A stretch of 64,000 nucleotides of DNA from the human T2T-CHM13v2.0 reference genome, Homo sapiens, in assembly GCF_009914755.1 (NCBI RefSeq), contig NC_060925.1; one strand, given 5' to 3'. The notes below the pieces were generated by a model, which saw only the letters and a list, made by a program, of their open reading frames with translations, made no database searches and had not been told where the DNA came from. Positions 62,586 through 64,000 of the stretch are shown here, piece after piece. Positions within the stretch are counted from its first letter, which is position 1; each line of letters starts with the position of its first letter. A program made the translations under genes and the position numbers.

Positions 62586-62759
62586 AGGACTGACTACATA
62601 CTTTGTGGGGCTCAATGCAAAATAAAAATGTAGACCCCTCTGTTCAAATATTATTAAGAATTTCAAGTCATCAACAACAGAGCATTAAACCAAGCCCGTC
62701 CTTCTGAGTGCAAAGCCCTGTGTGACTACACGGGTTGTATGCACAAGAAACCTACTCTG
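62586..62759. mobile_element. MER45A-like hAT-Tip100 MITE inside an old L1M (62430-64000, minus)
   Basis: ggggctcaatgcaaaataaaaatgtagaccc...attattaagaatttcaag; 8-bp TSD ctggttat/ctggttgt. Confidence 0.75.
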
Positions 62760-62826
62760 CTGGTTGTAGAATTCCAGGTGACTGCTCTTTTTTTCCTTCA
62801 GCTCTTTAAAGATGTTGCTCTGTTGT

Positions 62827-63123
<297 letters not shown>

Positions 63124-63647
63124 TTCTCTGTTGTCTTTTAATTTTCAAGTTATGCTCTCATTCTTATCCTTGTTTCTCTCTATATAATGTTCTTTTTTCT
63201 CCTGAATACTTATAAATTTTTCTCTTTATCACTGATCTTAAGCAATTTGATTAAAATGTGCCTAGGTGTGGTTACTTTCATGTTTCTCGTGCTTTGGATT
63301 TGTTACACTTACCGGATCTGTGTGTTTACAGTTTTCATTATACTTGGACAATTTTCAGCCATTATTTTTTCAAAAATTTTTGTTGCCCTCTATAACTCCT
63401 TTCCTTTAGGGACTTCAGTTACATATATATTAGGTCATTTAAATTTTTCCCATTGATCACTGATGCTCTGTTCACTTTTTGTTTTCTTTTCCTTGTTTTA
63501 TTTTTGGATCATTTTCATTGCTATGTCTTTAAGTTCACTAACTTTTTCTTCTACAGTGTCTAATCTGTTGTTAATTCCATCCAGTGTATTCTTCATCTCA
63601 GATATTGTCTTTTTCATCTCTAGAAGTTTGTAACTTTCATGTATTAA

Positions 63648-63936
63648 TTTTTTTTCTTTTTTTTTGAGATGGAGTTTCACTCTTGTCAATGTTACGGTCT
63701 CAGCTCCTTGCAACCTGCAATCTCTGCCTCCTGGGTACAAGCAATTCTCCTGTCTCAGCCTCCTGAGTAGCTGGGATTACAGGCACCCACCACCACGCCT
63801 GGCTAATTTTTGTATTTTTAGTAGAGATGGGGTTTCACCATGTTGGCCAGGGTGGTCTCAAACTTCTGACCTCAGGTGATCTGCCCACCTCCTCCCAAAG
63901 TGCTGGGATTACAGGCGTGAGGCACTGTGCCCCGCC
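63648..63936 (-). mobile_element. AluSq-like with small deletions
   Basis: Antisense Alu; TSD catgtattaat. Confidence 0.92.
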
Positions 63937-64000
63937 CATGTATTAATATTTTACTTCATTTTATCAATCTTTGTTCTACTTTCTTGAACATTTAAAATAC

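Overview
Primate (almost certainly human) genomic DNA, repeat-rich and AT-rich, with two divergently oriented CpG-island promoters about 20.7 kb apart. On the minus strand is a complete five-exon SEC22B gene. Its spliced CDS is 75+110+161+147+155 = 648 nt (215 aa + stop), all introns are GT-AG, there are no disabling lesions, and the 3' UTR has several AATAAA signals. On the plus strand is the first coding exon of the long N-terminal isoform of PDE4DIP/myomegalin (MKGTDSGSCCRRRCDFGCCC...). It carries an in-frame TGA at codon 60, so it is probably a pseudogenised paralogue. This arrangement fits the chr1 1p12/1q21 segmental-duplication cassette (recalled, not searched). The rest is Alu, L1, L2, MIR, LTR (MST, MLT1A, LTR33, LTR10, MER41) and DNA-transposon (MER85, MER20, MER45, Tigger MITE) relics plus microsatellites. 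I found no convincing new multi-gene system. The most interesting items are: the intact-gene/broken-gene head-to-head pair; several near-perfect fold-back palindromes that look like templated repair patches; an LTR10+MER41B enhancer candidate upstream of SEC22B; a twin-primed L1; and a 19-nt orphan retro-insertion. Repeat subfamily calls are from memory of consensus sequences and their boundaries are approximate.
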